DNA of 64,000 nt from Anolis carolinensis (lineage: Eukaryota). The stretch covers positions 25,371,225 to 25,435,224 of the forward strand of contig NW_026943821.1 in NCBI RefSeq assembly GCF_035594765.1, in the 5' to 3' direction. The position numbers were made by a program, and so were the translations under genes. Shown piece after piece: positions 36,948 through 50,020 of this stretch; position 1 is the first letter of the stretch; every line of letters starts with the position of its first letter. Below the pieces are notes generated by a model, which had not been told where the DNA came from, searched no databases, and worked only from the letters and a program-made list of their open reading frames with translations.

Positions 36948-37237
36948 GTAAGTACAGACTTTGATTAGAGTTTGAGAGTTTTTTTTTCATGAAGGAGGAG
37001 TGGCTTGTATCCATTTGTGGCTAGACTGAATCTATGAAAAAGGGAAGCAGAGTCTGTATCCCTTTGGAGTTTAGTGTTAAAGAAAGAAGGTAAATAACAA
37101 TGGAAATTAGTCTTGGAAATTAGTTGCCCACTCCTGATTTAGGGTATAATAGATCATCACAGTGATCTGCACATCATCTGCACCAGAGGTGTCTCTCTGA
37201 TAATTCAATACTTTCTTTTGCTTCCTCTGTTGTCTAG

Positions 37238-37432
37238 CTGGCTGTCCCAATCCAAGTGAACTTCAGGCTGAAGGGAAAAGACATGTTAGTTGATATACAA
37301 CGACGGCACCTGAAGGTGGGATTGAAGGGCCAGCCACCGGTCATTGACGGACCCTTGTACAATGAGGTGAAAGTGGAGGAGAGCTCATGGCTCATCGAGG
37401 ATGGGAAAATAGTCACCGTGCACTTGGAGAAG
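37238..37432 (+). CDS. NUDC: NUDC exon 6 (CS/p23-like domain)
   Basis: [38 protein letters not shown]...[19 protein letters not shown]. Confidence 0.95.
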
Positions 37433-37870
37433 GTAACAACAAAGCATTTTGTGCCTAGGTTTGTGGCTGGGTTTGCTAGAGTTTGGACTTGTTACATGTG
37501 CTGCTAGCAGTGATATCGCTTGGAGAGAGGAGCTTCCAGAATGAGACAGTTGGTCAAATACCAAGGGAGATATTCAACTGACTGGGAGGGGGGTTAACAT
37601 CTTGTGAGCCTCCCTGATTCCTGGACTGGGAGAAATGTAGGCTATAAAAAAATGAATAAACAAACTTTAAGTCTAATGGGTCATCTTACTGTGTTGAGAA
37701 AGCAGGTCAATCTTTACTCACTTTATAATAATTTTTTATAATAAATATATATTTATTATTTATATATAAATAAAATTTTATAATAAATATAAAATGCTAA
37801 ATTCCTAATGCACTCATTCCTTTCATAGAAGCTGCTGTTACTATAAAGTCCTTAATTGTCTTTCCTTTAG

Positions 37871-37972
<102 letters not shown>

Positions 37973-38731
37973 TAAAACTTTAATAGGAGGGTTGGCAGCG
38001 TCTTGTCCTTTTATTTTACAGATTTAAGAACTTCTTGTCTAGAGATTTAGTTATCTGGCTGAACCAGGTACATTGCCAAAGTGTTAAGAATGAGTATAAT
38101 ATTTAATCCAGGGTGTGTTTGCAAAGGAGACACAGCGTCCCTTTTTATACGATATTACTGGATACTGCGGGCAAGGGAAGTCTTGCTTTCATCAGGGATT
38201 GAAGCTGGATCTACACTGCCATAGAACGCAGATTAACTGCATTGAATTGGATCGTATGGCATTGTAGACTGATATAATCCGGTTCAATGCATTTAATCTG
38301 CATTCTGAAACTGCATTCTGTGGCCGTGTGGATCCAGCCTGAGCCAGTGCTGACTGCTTAATCTCAAACCTGTGATGGGAGATCTTCCATAGAGGTTGCC
38401 TGTGGCTGAAAAGATCAAGGAGCAAAGAAATAATAATAACAATAATAATAATAATACTTTATTTTTCTATCCTGCCTCCATCTCCCTGCAGGGAATCAGG
38501 GCGGCTAACACAGGGCCAAGCCCAAAGAACAAATAATAAACAAAATAAAATGCATGTAAACAACATAAACAAGAAACAGTTTCAGCAATACTGGCAGCCT
38601 GGACAGAGCCACATTATTTTGCTATTGATGTTATCCCTTAATGTGCTTTTGTTGTTGGAATTTTTGTAATCCTGCTTCAAAAGTGGGGCTATAAAATAGA
38701 ATGTATGTTTCTTAGATGCATAAATGAATAA

Positions 38732-38902
<171 letters not shown>

Positions 38903-39444
38903 TAAATATACAATGGAAAGGAGGATCACAAGTGACCCTTGTCCTTGTTACGGGTTCGGCTGCGGGTCGGATCCTGACCTTCAGCGTAGCAGGTAGCAGC
39001 GTGCTGTCAGGACTCAGGAACCTGGCAGTGCCATCTCGGCTTGAACCATGACATGGTGTTTCTGGTGCTTAATCTCCTTTTGCCTCAAAGCAAGATAATA
39101 TAACTTCCTCCCTGCCTCTCTGTCAGATGCCGGGGTTACTAGACAGCCATACTGTTATCGCTTTATGGCCCTGCTTGGCAGAGGTGTGCGTAGAAGCTTC
39201 TGTGAGTAATTTCCCTTCTAGGGCCGCACAGGGTGACGCTCCCTGCTCTCAGGTTAGCACCTGAGACATTAAGGGTGCACAGCTACCTTTCCTCCATTCT
39301 GAATGGCTTTAATGATTCAAGGAGAGTGGATTTTGTAGTATCCAGAGACCAATTTAATGTCTCCAGCTACAAATCCCACTTCCGATAACTCACTGCTTAT
39401 AGCCCTTCAGTGGGTGAGCTGAAATATAGAACCATCTTTTGATA

Positions 39445-39546
39445 GAGTTGTTGTTTGTTTTCTGGGCTGTCTGGCCATGTTCCAGAAGCATTCTCTCCTG
39501 ACGTTTCGCCCACATCTATTTCAGGCATCCTCAGAGGTTGTGAGGT
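39445..39546 (-). mobile_element. ~100 bp Penelope-derived insertion with 11-bp target-site duplication
   Basis: ATCTTTTGATA at 39434-39444 and 39547-39557. Confidence 0.75.
39493..39545 (-). ncRNA. Minimal type I hammerhead ribozyme motif within a Penelope repeat
   Basis: Minus strand CUGAGGA-U-GCCUG(AAAUAGAUG)UGGGC-GAAACGUC-AGGAG; core intact. Confidence 0.7.
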
Positions 39547-40850
39547 ATCTTTTGATACATACCAAGTTGTCAACATTGCACTATTTCCACCGTGAATCCT
39601 CTTTCTGCCGCACTGGTGCTAGAAATTGAGAGAAAGCCGATCTCATAATTGTGCTACTAAATGGCAGATTTTTTATTTGCTATTTAATAATAATAATAAT
39701 AAAAAAAACTTTATTTATACCCCACCACCATCTCCCCGCGGGGACTCGGGGTGGCTCACATTGTTACAAAAGTAACAACACAAATACATTACAAAGGTTA
39801 AAACACAATAAGGTAATAAAACAAAAGTTAATACAACAGTAATAATATCAAACAATCACCAATACAATTCAGTCAAACTTCATAGGTAGCTCTGAAACTT
39901 TACTTTTTGCACATTCCTTCCATTTGTGGTGAGGGAGTGTGTCATGCAAACAAGATAAATCTTACAAACCATGCTAAAAGGGCGAGCATAAATTATATAA
40001 TACTCTTAAATTACTTTGCTGTGACAAGAGTTTGATGACACCGAGGCCTAGGTTTTGAGCAAAAGTAGAAGACAACTTTCTTTAATCCAGGTGCTACGTG
40101 TCTGACCTGGAGCTAAGTGTTCCCAAGGGCATGTTTGATTAATTTGCCATCACTTGTTTACAGCTGTAATGTATCATAATGGGGTAATTCTACTGATATT
40201 ATTAATGAGAGAGTTGATGTGGCATCATAGGCAGTGACCTCAACAGAGCTACACAGATAGCAGGGAAACCTGAAACTTTTTAAGTGAGAGATTATTCTGC
40301 AGTAGGGTTTTATGCAATATGTGAAAGATACAACATTAAATCGGTCTCCTTTCAAACTTAGACATTTTTTTCTGGTAGGAGCCAGATAAAATCGCTTCAT
40401 TGGCTAAATCTGCACTATGAACGCCATTTGTCTTTCTTGTTTGTATTATAGTGCCTTCAGAATTAGTAATTCCCTCTCTTTGGGTATATTTGTATAATTC
40501 AAGATATTTCTACCTTCCCTTATCAATGAAAACACCATCTAAAGCAAACAATAAAATAAAAACTAACGCAGCATTTAAGCAAAATAATAACTACTACAAA
40601 GCATCTAAAAATCAGAGAATATATGGTAGTATATAAACGCTATACGTGAGAGCATTGTTCTTATTCCAAAGGCCTGTGCTTGTGTATGTAATATAACCAG
40701 ATTTACCGTACTTATTCCCCAAAATATAATAGTTGGTAAGAAGTATACTGTTCTGAGAAGGATGTTAATTGACTTTCAAGCGTCCATGGCATAAGCTTGC
40801 CGTCTCTCCCTAGCCATCGCAACTAATGTGAATTTCCCTTCTTCTCCTAG

Positions 40851-40902
40851 GTTCATGGAACAACATCCAGAAATGGATTTCTCCAAAGCAAAATTCAACT
40901 GA
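40851..40902 (+). CDS. NUDC: NUDC exon 9 (stop)
   Basis: FMEQHPEMDFSKAKFN*, the canonical NudC C-terminus. Confidence 0.95.
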
Positions 40903-43046
40903 TGTGGTTTCTACCCCGCCCCGTTACTTTCTCTCCCTCTCTCTCTCTCCTTTCCTTTTCTCCCAACAACTTTTAAAGTAAACCAAATTTGTCATTTTCT
41001 TTGAGATGCTGTGAATGTTCACTTCATCTCAGAGTGAGCTTTCCGTGTAAGAATCGCAGTGCTATTATTTATCAGCCTGCTTTGCTTTTTTTGTAGGGAA
41101 AGTTATGCCAGGGAATTAGAAATGAAGCAAAAGGAGTTACATTGTAGAAATGTATTATTCTGACAGGTTTAGGGTGATATTTGGTTGTTTTGAGCATTGA
41201 TGATGCCAGCCTTGCTCATCTGCTGCTCTTTTAGCACCTGCTTTTGAATTGAGACCTGGACATCCTTCCTCAAACACCCAGTCATCTTTCCTTCCAGCAT
41301 TCCTGCGCCAAACTAAGTAAGCCCTCTCAATGTAACCTCAATGCAGGACCTCTGAAAGCAGTTTAATACATAAAACACTGGCAGATGAGCCCATGAGTGT
41401 CTCATGGCTGTTCTAACCTCCAGAAAGTGATGCTGTTTAGGAGCAACATGCCCTTAGTTTGCACAGGTTCTTATTTGGACATTACTGTGTAAGCACAGAA
41501 AGCAGTAGCATGAAGAATACTTCTGCCTGCTTGTCAATACTTTGACAGATCTCCAAAGTTAGCTTTGCAAGTGTATACATGATCGAGACAGATCATGTAC
41601 ACACAATTAAGAATTTGACTAGATTGCAATGAGAGGGTTGTTCAGATCAGTCACATCAGAATCTGTAATATTCCTGCTGTCATCAACTCTGTCTTCAACT
41701 GTTACTGCCAAGCCCTGTTGTAATAGTTTCAGAGCTTCAGTGGTATATGTCAACCCAAAATGCTAGTATTGCAGTACTGTTTCTGCTTTAGAGAACCATG
41801 TTTTGGGGATAGATAGGGCTGCTAAATGTCTGAATATTTCAAGGAGATTGACTTAGACCAAAGGTCTCAAACTTGTGGCTCCAGGTTTTTGGCCCCCAAC
41901 TCCCAGAAACTCCCAGCCTGTCTAACAACGAGGAATTCTGGGAGCTGAAGTCCAAAAAACTGGACACCATTGACTTAGAGTCCGCTTAAGATAAATTGAC
42001 CCGTGTGAACTATGCAGATCTTTTACTGTATCCTTCCCTGACATCTTAGAGATTTGTTGGAACTGCCACCCATTGTTCCTAGACAACATGGCCATTGGCT
42101 GGGAATGATGGGAATTGCAGTCCAACTCATCTGGCAGCCTCCTGGCTGAGAAACGTTGTCCTATCTTATTACAGTAACAATAAGCAAGTGGGTGTTTTTG
42201 CTGTTAACAGGGACGTGTTAGATGGTAAACAGATCTTGGGAGATCCGATGTCCTTGCTTTTTCCTCCTTCGTTGCTTAAAGCAGCTTGTATTCTGCATGT
42301 ACAATTAAAAAGGTTATGTTTTCATGTGGTGTCACTCTGGGTTCTCTATTTTTTCACCTACATACCAAAACATGCCAGAAATGGAGTAATGGCACATAGG
42401 ATTCTAATCATATTTTTTATTTAATATGTTTCTGAGGCACAGTTTTTACGTACGATTGTAAAATCAGTATGCATTCGTCAGCTAAAATCCTATGAGAATG
42501 ATAGGTCGGGACTTCCAGGCTACATCACTGTGCAACATTAGAAAAAAATGAATTAGGAGGAGCCAGCCTTCCATGGTGTGATGAGTCAAAGCGCAGTATT
42601 TTTGAAAAATAAGAATCCCAGCTGAATATAATATGTACCCAGTCCTAAACAAATATGGGATGTACAGTAGAGTCTCACTTACCCAAGCCTCTGGATAATC
42701 CAAGCCATTTTTGTAGTCAAATGTTTTCAATATATCGTGATATTTTGCTGCTAAATTCGTAAATACAGTAATTACAACATAACATTACTGCATATTGAAT
42801 GACTTTTTCTGTCAAATTTGTTGTATAACATGATGTTTTGGTGCTTAATTTGTAAAATCATAACCTAATTTGATGTTTAATAGGCTTTTCCTTAATCCCT
42901 CCTTATTATCCAAGATATTCACTTATCCAAGCTTCTGTCGGCCTGTTTAGCTTGGATAAGTGAGACTCTACTGTATATAGATATAAACAGAGTATATCTC
43001 AATATGATACAGTCGTAAGAGAGCCTTCAGAAAAGACTGTATAAAG

Positions 43047-43319
43047 GGTAAAGGTAAAGGTTTTCCCCTGACATTATGTCCAGTCATGTCTGATTCTGGG
43101 GGTTGGTGCTCATCTCCATTTCTAGGCTGAAGAGCCGGCGTTGATCGTAGACACTTCCAAGGTCATGTGGCCATTGGCATGACTGCATGGAGCGCCGTTA
43201 CCTTCCCACCGGAGCGGTACCTATTGATCTACTCACATTTGCATGTTTTCAAACTGATAGATTGGCAGAAGGTGGAGCTAACAGCGGACGCTCACTCCGC
43301 TCCCTGGATTTGAACCTGT
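43047..43319 (-). mobile_element. Sauria SINE (5'-truncated)
   Basis: ggtaaaggtaaagg tail and core in reverse. Confidence 0.8.
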
Positions 43320-43733
43320 TAACAGCATTGCAAGTGGTGGTTTCACACTGCTCCACGCTGCCAGTCTTTTACAACATTTTTCCCCTGCTGGAAGTCACAA
43401 GCTTTTTCCTGAGCTGAGAACAGGCCATTGACCCCATTCCTGTGTGCTTTATGACCATTCACTGACTGCCAGGCTCCCTGTCGCGGTGCACCGGTGTGTC
43501 ACGCCTTGTCATTTCACGAACCTTTGAAAGGCCTTGATTCTTCGCCGGCTCTTGCGGCTGGCACTCCACTAACTTTCCCCCTGTTGTGTAATTCTATGTG
43601 TAAGAACCGATTTGTACAAATCCGATTATCCTATCTTCGGTTCATTGGTTAATGGGGTGCTGCGTGATCACCCGTTGGATCCAAAAACTAGAGAAATAGG
43701 GGAGACAGGAACAGGTGCCTGAAGCTTTGCATA

Positions 43734-44464
43734 CCGTGTTTCCCCAAAAATAAGACAGTGTCTTATATCATTTTTTACTCCCAAAGATGCGCTAGGTCTT
43801 ATTTTCAGGGGAAGTCTTATTTTTCCATGAAGAATTCACCTTTATTGTTGAACAAAAAAATGAACATTTATTCTATACTGTACAGTAGTTGTCATCACAA
43901 ACCAACATAACTAAACCAGACAAACTGTGACTCCTGTCAAGAATTTCTTGTTAGTACAGTAGAGTCTCGCTTATCCAAGCCTCTGGATAATCCAAGCCAT
44001 TTTTGTAGTCAATGTTTTCAATATATCGTGATATTTTGGTGCTAAATTCATAAGTACAGTAATTACAACATAACATTACTGCGTATTGAACTACTTTTTC
44101 TGTCAAATTTGTTGTATAACATGATGTTTTGGAGATTAATTTGTAAAATCATAACATAATTTGATGTTTAATAGGCTTCTCCTTAATCCCTCCTCATTAT
44201 CCAAGATAGTCGCTTATCCAAGCTTCTGCCGGCCTGTTTAGCTTGGATAAGTGAGACTCTACTGTACCATTATTTCTATATACAACTAGTATGTACATTT
44301 ACCAATCCTGCATGCTATGGTGTTTTGTTTGTCAGGCGCTGGGCATGCTTCCACACAAAAGCTTTGCTAGGTCTTACTTTCCGGGGAGGCCTTATATTTA
44401 GCAATTCAGCAAAACCTCTACTAGGTCTTATTTTTGGGGATGTCTTATTTTCAGGGAAACAGGG
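43734..44464. mobile_element. Second Tc2-like MITE family with nested Tigger-like MITE
   Basis: TA|CCGTGTTTCCCCAAAAATAAGAC ... GTCTTATTTTCAGGGAAACAGGG|TA. Confidence 0.7.
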
Positions 44465-44619
44465 TAAAAGTAAGGAGTGTAACCACTGTAGTATACATAT
44501 GCTTCTGCAGTTTCCGCCTCATAATACTTGTTCTGTTGGGTGTTTTTGGCTCATTATCGGCAAAGAGCAACTGTCTGAGCTAAACAAACAACTCACAGAT
44601 AAGTTGACTTCCAGGTTGC

Positions 44620-45030
44620 TAGCTCCAAGGCTAAATCTTTATGTGCTGCTGTGCCACCGGGCTGCCTTTCTTGGGCTGTAAATGGAGTGTGTCTGTGTAC
44701 ACACTCCTTGGCAGTGACCCTGCTGCCGTATCCTGAAACACGATTACACGCCTGAAGCCTTGGTGCCTTGGTACCGGCTGGGTTAATGACTTTGTTTATA
44801 CTGATAAGGGCAATTGAGATAAAAGTAGTCCTCTGGGTCTCCTGGCCCCGGCTGGCACCTTCATTGAGAAAACCTTTCTCCGGGCCACGTGAAGTCTCCG
44901 CTGCTTCTCCCCAGCCAATCCCTTCAGGGTTAACTTGTTTTTCAATGAGCGGGTGGCCGCTTGTCACAGGGAGGTCAAGGCTGCGAGTGGGGGTGGTTTC
45001 CAATCATCCTTTCAGGGGCCTTATAAGTGG
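44620..45030 (+). promoter_or_regulatory. NR0B2: NR0B2/SHP proximal promoter
   Basis: IR1 GGGTTAaTGACTT 44780-44792 adjacent to TGTTTAT; NR5A-type TCAAGGCTG 44975-44983 and CCAAGG motifs; CACGTG 44886-44891; TATAAG 45022-45027. Confidence 0.75.
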
Positions 45031-45114
45031 AGCTGGGAAACGGGAGAGGCTGTGAAGTGACCGAAAGGTGTTGTGGAACGAGACTTTTTTGGATAGTTCT
45101 GCTCCAGCCTGGCC

Positions 45115-45637
45115 ATGGAGTGCGAGAAGTGTCCGTGGCACCACGAGGAGAACCAGAACGCCATCCTCTACACCCTCCTGAGCCAGAACTTGAGCCCCAA
45201 CAGGAGCGGCGTTGGCTTCTCCCAGCAGAGCTGCATGTGCCACAAGCGGCGCATGGTCTGCCTCCGCACCCCGCAGGTCACCTGCCAGGCGGCCTCGGAC
45301 GTCTTGGTGAAGACCATCAGCTTCATGAAGAACCTGCCGTCCTTCCAGCTCCTGCCCTGGGAAGACCAGCTCCTGCTGCTGGACAGCTGCTGGGCGCCGC
45401 TCTTCCTCCTGGGCCTGGTCCAGGAGACGGTGACCTTTGAGGTGACGGAGACCCCCGCCCCCAGCATGCTGGAGAGGATCCTCCTGGACGGGCCCCGCAA
45501 GAGGCCGGAGCCCCCGAGGGCACGGCCCACCCTGGCCAGCGTGCAGCGGCTCCAGTGCTGCTTGAACTCTTTCTACAGCTTGGACCTGAGCCCCAAAGAG
45601 TATGCCTACCTGAAAGGGGCCATCCTTTTCAACCCAG
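45115..45637 (+). CDS. NR0B2: Small heterodimer partner (SHP), exon 1
   Basis: AILYTLLS LxxLL-like box, LVKTISFMKNLPSF, DQLLLLDSCWAPLFLLGL, LDLSPKEYAYLKGAILFNP; no DNA-binding domain; donor G|GTAAGT. Confidence 0.95.
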
Positions 45638-45760
45638 GTAAGTCCTGCTTGAACTCATGTGCGGTGAGGAAGTCTGTGAGAAAGAGGACAGCTATATATT
45701 AGTCTATATATCTGTAGAAATGCTCTGACTCATTGCCTGCATATTATAATTTATTATGCT

Positions 45761-46242
45761 TCTATATATATAAAAGAGTAATGAAATTTCGGCCTAGGAC
45801 AAAACAACAAAACTACACATCCCAGAAACACTAAACTTGGCAGCACAACCCCTCATCCATGCCTCTACGTTCATACAATAAACAGCTCCAGCTACTCCAG
45901 AAAACGGCCAGGCTTTGAGACTGCAAGGCTATTCACTGCTATTCCATCTGGCCAACAAAGGATTCCCATAAGCCACAGCAACGCGTGGCCGGGCAAAGCT
46001 AGTCTATATATAAAAGAGTAATGAAATTTCGGCCTAGGACAAAACAACAAAACTACACATCCCAGAAACACTAAACTTGGCAGCACAACCCCTCATCCAT
46101 GCCTCTACGTTCATACAATAAACAGCTCCAGCTACTCCAGAAAACAGCCAGGCTTTGAGACTGCAAGGCTACTCACTGCTATTCCACCTGGCCAACAAAG
46201 GATTCCCATAAGCCACAGCAACGCATGGCTGGGCAAAACTAG
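45761..46242 (+). mobile_element. Head-to-tail dimer of a ~240 bp Helitron in the NR0B2 intron
   Basis: Units 45761-46002 and 46003-46242 joined CTAG|TCTATATA. Confidence 0.75.
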
Positions 46243-46546
46243 TTATTTTATATAATAAAAGAACATTCCTAAAATAAAAAAGTGATACACAATCCTTCAT
46301 GCTGTTGAGGGGCCGAATTATTATTTGAAAAAAATACGAACAAATTCCTATGCACACTGCACATGTCTTATTTGTAGTGCAAAACAACAACAATGAAAAA
46401 ACAATACAATATTTGAAAATAAAAACAATTTTAACCAACATAAATTTAGCAGGATTTCACTGGAAAGTGTGGGCCTGTTTCTGGCCAATGAGATAGTCAA
46501 GTTAATTAGGATTGTTGTTGTGTGCCTTCAAATCATTTCAGAATTA

Positions 46547-47446
46547 AGGTAAAGGTAAAGGTTTCCCCTGACGTTAAGTTCAGTTGTGTCCGACTTTGGG
46601 AGTTGGTGCTCATCTCCATTTCTAAGCTGAAGAGCCGGAGTTGTCCGTAGATGCCTCCAAGGTCATGTGGCCATGACTGAAAGGTCAGCAATTCAAATCC
46701 AGGGAGTGGGGTGAGCTCCTGCTGTTAGCCCCAGCTTCTGCCAACCTAGCAGTTCAAAAATATGCAAATGTGAGTATATCTATAGGTACTGCGATGGCAG
46801 GAAGATAACAGCATTCCATGCAGTCATGCCTATGGCCACATGACCTTGGAGGTGTCTATGGACAATGCTGGCTCTTGATCTTAGAAATGTAAATGCAATA
46901 TATTATATTATTGTATATTATATTCCAGAGCCTCCAGTGGCTCAGCATGGTAAAGTGCTGAGCTGCTGAATTTGCAGACTGAAAGGTCCCAGGTTCAAAT
47001 CCGGGAAGCGGAATGAGCACCCGCTGTTAGCTCCAGCTTCTGCCAACCTAGCAGTTCGAAAACATGCAAATGTGAGTAGATCAATAGGTACTGCGATGGC
47101 AGGAAGATAACAGCGTTCCATGCAGTCATGCCTACGGCCACATGACCTTGGAAGTGTCTATGGACAATGCCGGCTCTTGATTTTAGAAATGGAGATGCAA
47201 TATATTATATTATTATATATTATTGTATATTATATTCCGGAGCCTCAGGTGGCTCTGTGTTAAAGCTCTGAGCTGCTGAATTTGCAGACCAAAAGGTCCC
47301 AGGTTCAAATCTGGGAAGCGGAATGAGCGCCCGCTGTCATGCCTATGGCCACATGACCTTGGAGGTGTCTATGGACAATGCTGGCTCTTCATCTTAGAAA
47401 TGGAGATGAGCACCAACCCCCAGAGTTAATGTCAGGGGAAAACCTT
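46547..47446. mobile_element. Cluster of tandemly duplicated and partly inverted Sauria SINEs in the NR0B2 intron
   Basis: One reverse 3' part followed by about three forward partial copies separated by TA-rich spacers. Confidence 0.8.
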
Positions 47447-47477
47447 AAACGGAATATTCCTTTCTTTCCTCCTCCAG

Positions 47478-47719
47478 ACATTCCCGGTCTCAAAGCCTCC
47501 TCCTACATCGAGAGCCTCCAGAAAGAAGCCCAGAGAGCACTCCAAGAGGTCTTGGCGCTTCTTCACCTGGAAGACCAAGGCCGCTTTGCCCGCGTCTTGC
47601 TGATCTCCTCCTCCTTGAAGTCCATCCCGCCTTCTCTCCTGACCGACCTTTTCTTCCAGCCCATCATCGGCAACGTGGACATCCTCGAACTGCTCTCGGA
47701 TATGCTGCTCGTGAAATAG
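47478..47719 (+). CDS. NR0B2: SHP exon 2
   Basis: DIPGLKASSYIESLQKEAQRAL...DLFFQPIIGNVDILELLSDMLLVK*. Confidence 0.95.
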
Positions 47720-47809
47720 TTCCTTTGGCATCACTTCATCAACCTATGACTCTTTGCTGAACTCAAGAAGATGTGGACTATGCCATGGATTAGAGCATCC
47801 TAATACCTA

Positions 47810-48193
47810 CTGACTTGGGCGATCCCTCGTTGTCCGAGTATCATGGCCTTGCAAGTGGACGCGTAGGTGACCGTGGAGACCGATTCTTGACCCGCATATT
47901 CTTCCATCCGTTTCCAGGTGGAATGCGGTCCTGTTGAGTTGGTGTGACATGCCTTTGCCTTGGCACATTTCTCCCTTTCGCCCTCCATTCATGCCTCTTC
48001 AAATTCCACAGCACTGCTGGTCACAGCTGATCTCCAATTATAGAACACTCAATGGCCAGGGCTTCCCAGTTCTCGGTGTCTATGCCAACATTTTTAGGCT
48101 AACTTTAAGCCAATCTTGAAGTCTCTTTCCATTGAGTTGAGAGTAGAGTAACTGCTTCGGGAGACAATGATCGGGCATTCGGACAATGTGGCC
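47810..48193 (-). mobile_element. RTE-1 LINE 3' fragment in NR0B2 3' UTR
   Basis: Minus strand GHIVRMPDHCLPKQLLYSQL ... MEGEREK ... GRICGSRIGLHGHLRVH (RTE C-terminal zinc finger), frameshifted. Confidence 0.75.
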
Positions 48194-48459
48194 TTCAGCT
48201 TAAGCGGCTGAGCGGAGAAGGGAAAGGGCCAAGGCTGTTAGGAATGGTGGGAGTTGGAGTCCAAAGGCCCAAGTTTGCCCATGCCTGGTGTAGACACACC
48301 CAAACCAACCGTTGATTCACACAACGGCTGCACACACAGAGTTAACACATATCTTTGCACAGACCCTAGATGTTGGTATTTTGCGTGTACTACTGTGCCT
48401 CTTTGTGATTTGTATGTAACACAAATGTGCTAATTTATTGTTTTTTTTAAAAGTAAACA

Positions 48460-48465
48460 AATAAA
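48460..48465 (+). terminator. NR0B2: Candidate NR0B2 polyadenylation signal
   Basis: AATAAA after a U-rich stretch, with GT-rich sequence downstream. Confidence 0.5.
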
Positions 48466-48533
48466 AAACGTTTTGAAATACAACCAATGTCCAGTGTCGT
48501 TTTGAAAATTACGGAGATTGTAATTGACAGATC

Positions 48534-48580
<47 letters not shown>

Positions 48581-48682
48581 TTAGGCTATGTAATTAATCC
48601 TACTCTGGCCTCAGTGTATATTATTATTATTAATAATATTATATTTAAGCTATTTAATTAATCCTATTCTGGCCTCAGTGTA

Positions 48683-48729
<47 letters not shown>

Positions 48730-49027
48730 TTAGGCTATGTAATTAATCCTATTCTGGGCTCAGTGTATATTATTATTATTATTATATTTAGCCTATTTAA
48801 TTAATCCTTTTCTGAGCTCAGTGTATATTATTATTAATAATAATATTATATTTAAGCTATTTAATTAATCCTATTCTGGCCTCAGTGTATATTATTATTA
48901 TTAGTAGTATTATTAGTATTATTATTTTATTTAGGCTATTTAATTAATCCTTTTCTGGGCTCAGTGTATATTATTATTATTATTATTTTATTTAGGCTAT
49001 TTAGTTAATCCTTTTCTGGGCTCAGTA

Positions 49028-49066
<39 letters not shown>

Positions 49067-49175
49067 CATTTTAGGCTATTTAGTTAATCCTATTCTGGGC
49101 TCAGTGTATATTATTATTGTTATTATTATTATTTTATTTAGGCTATTTAGTTAATCCTATTCTGGGCTCAGTGTA

Positions 49176-49210
<35 letters not shown>

Positions 49211-49653
49211 TTAGGCTATTTGGTTAATCCTATTCTGGGCTCAGTGTATATTATTATTATTATTATTATTTTATTTAGGCTATTTAGTTAATCCTTTTCT
49301 GGGCTCAGTATATTATTATTATTATTATTATTATTATTATCATTTTAGGCTATTTAGTTAATCCTATTCTGGGCTCAGTGTATATTATTATTGTTATTAT
49401 TATTATTATTTTATTTAGGCTATTTAGTTAATCCTATTCTGGGCTCAGTGTATATTATTATTATTATTATTATTATTATATTTAGGCTATTTGGTTAATC
49501 CTATTCTGGGCTCAGTGTATATTATTATTATTATTATTATTTTATTTAGGCTATTTAGTTCATCCTTTTCTGGGGTCAGTGTATATTATTATTATTATTA
49601 TTATTATTGTTATATTTAGGCTATTTAATTAATCCTATTCTGGGCTCAGTGTA

Positions 49654-49688
<35 letters not shown>

Positions 49689-50020
49689 TTAGGCTATTTA
49701 GTTAATCCTTTTCTGGGCTCAATGTATATTATTATTATTATTATTATTATTATTACATTTAGGCTATGTAATTAATCCTTTTCTGGGCTCAGTGTATATT
49801 ATTATTATTATTTTATTTAGGCTATTTAGTTAATCCTTTCCTGGGCTCAGTGTATATTATTATTATTATTTTATTTAGGCTATTTAGTTAATCCTTTCCT
49901 GGGCTCAGTGTATATTATTATTATTATTATCATCATATTATTTAGGCTATTTAATTAATCCTTTTCTGGGCTCGGTGTATATTATTATTATTATTATTAT
50001 ATTTAGACTATTTAATTAAT
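48534..50020. repeat. Compound minisatellite (~22 units of a ~40 bp core plus variable (ATT)n)
   Basis: tttaggctatttagttaatcctattctgggctcagtgtat(att)n repeated. Confidence 0.9.

Noticed and set aside
38933-38945. DR1-like TGACCCtTGTCCT in NUDC intron 8 as a distal SHP enhancer
   Set aside because: Single degenerate motif with no supporting evidence.
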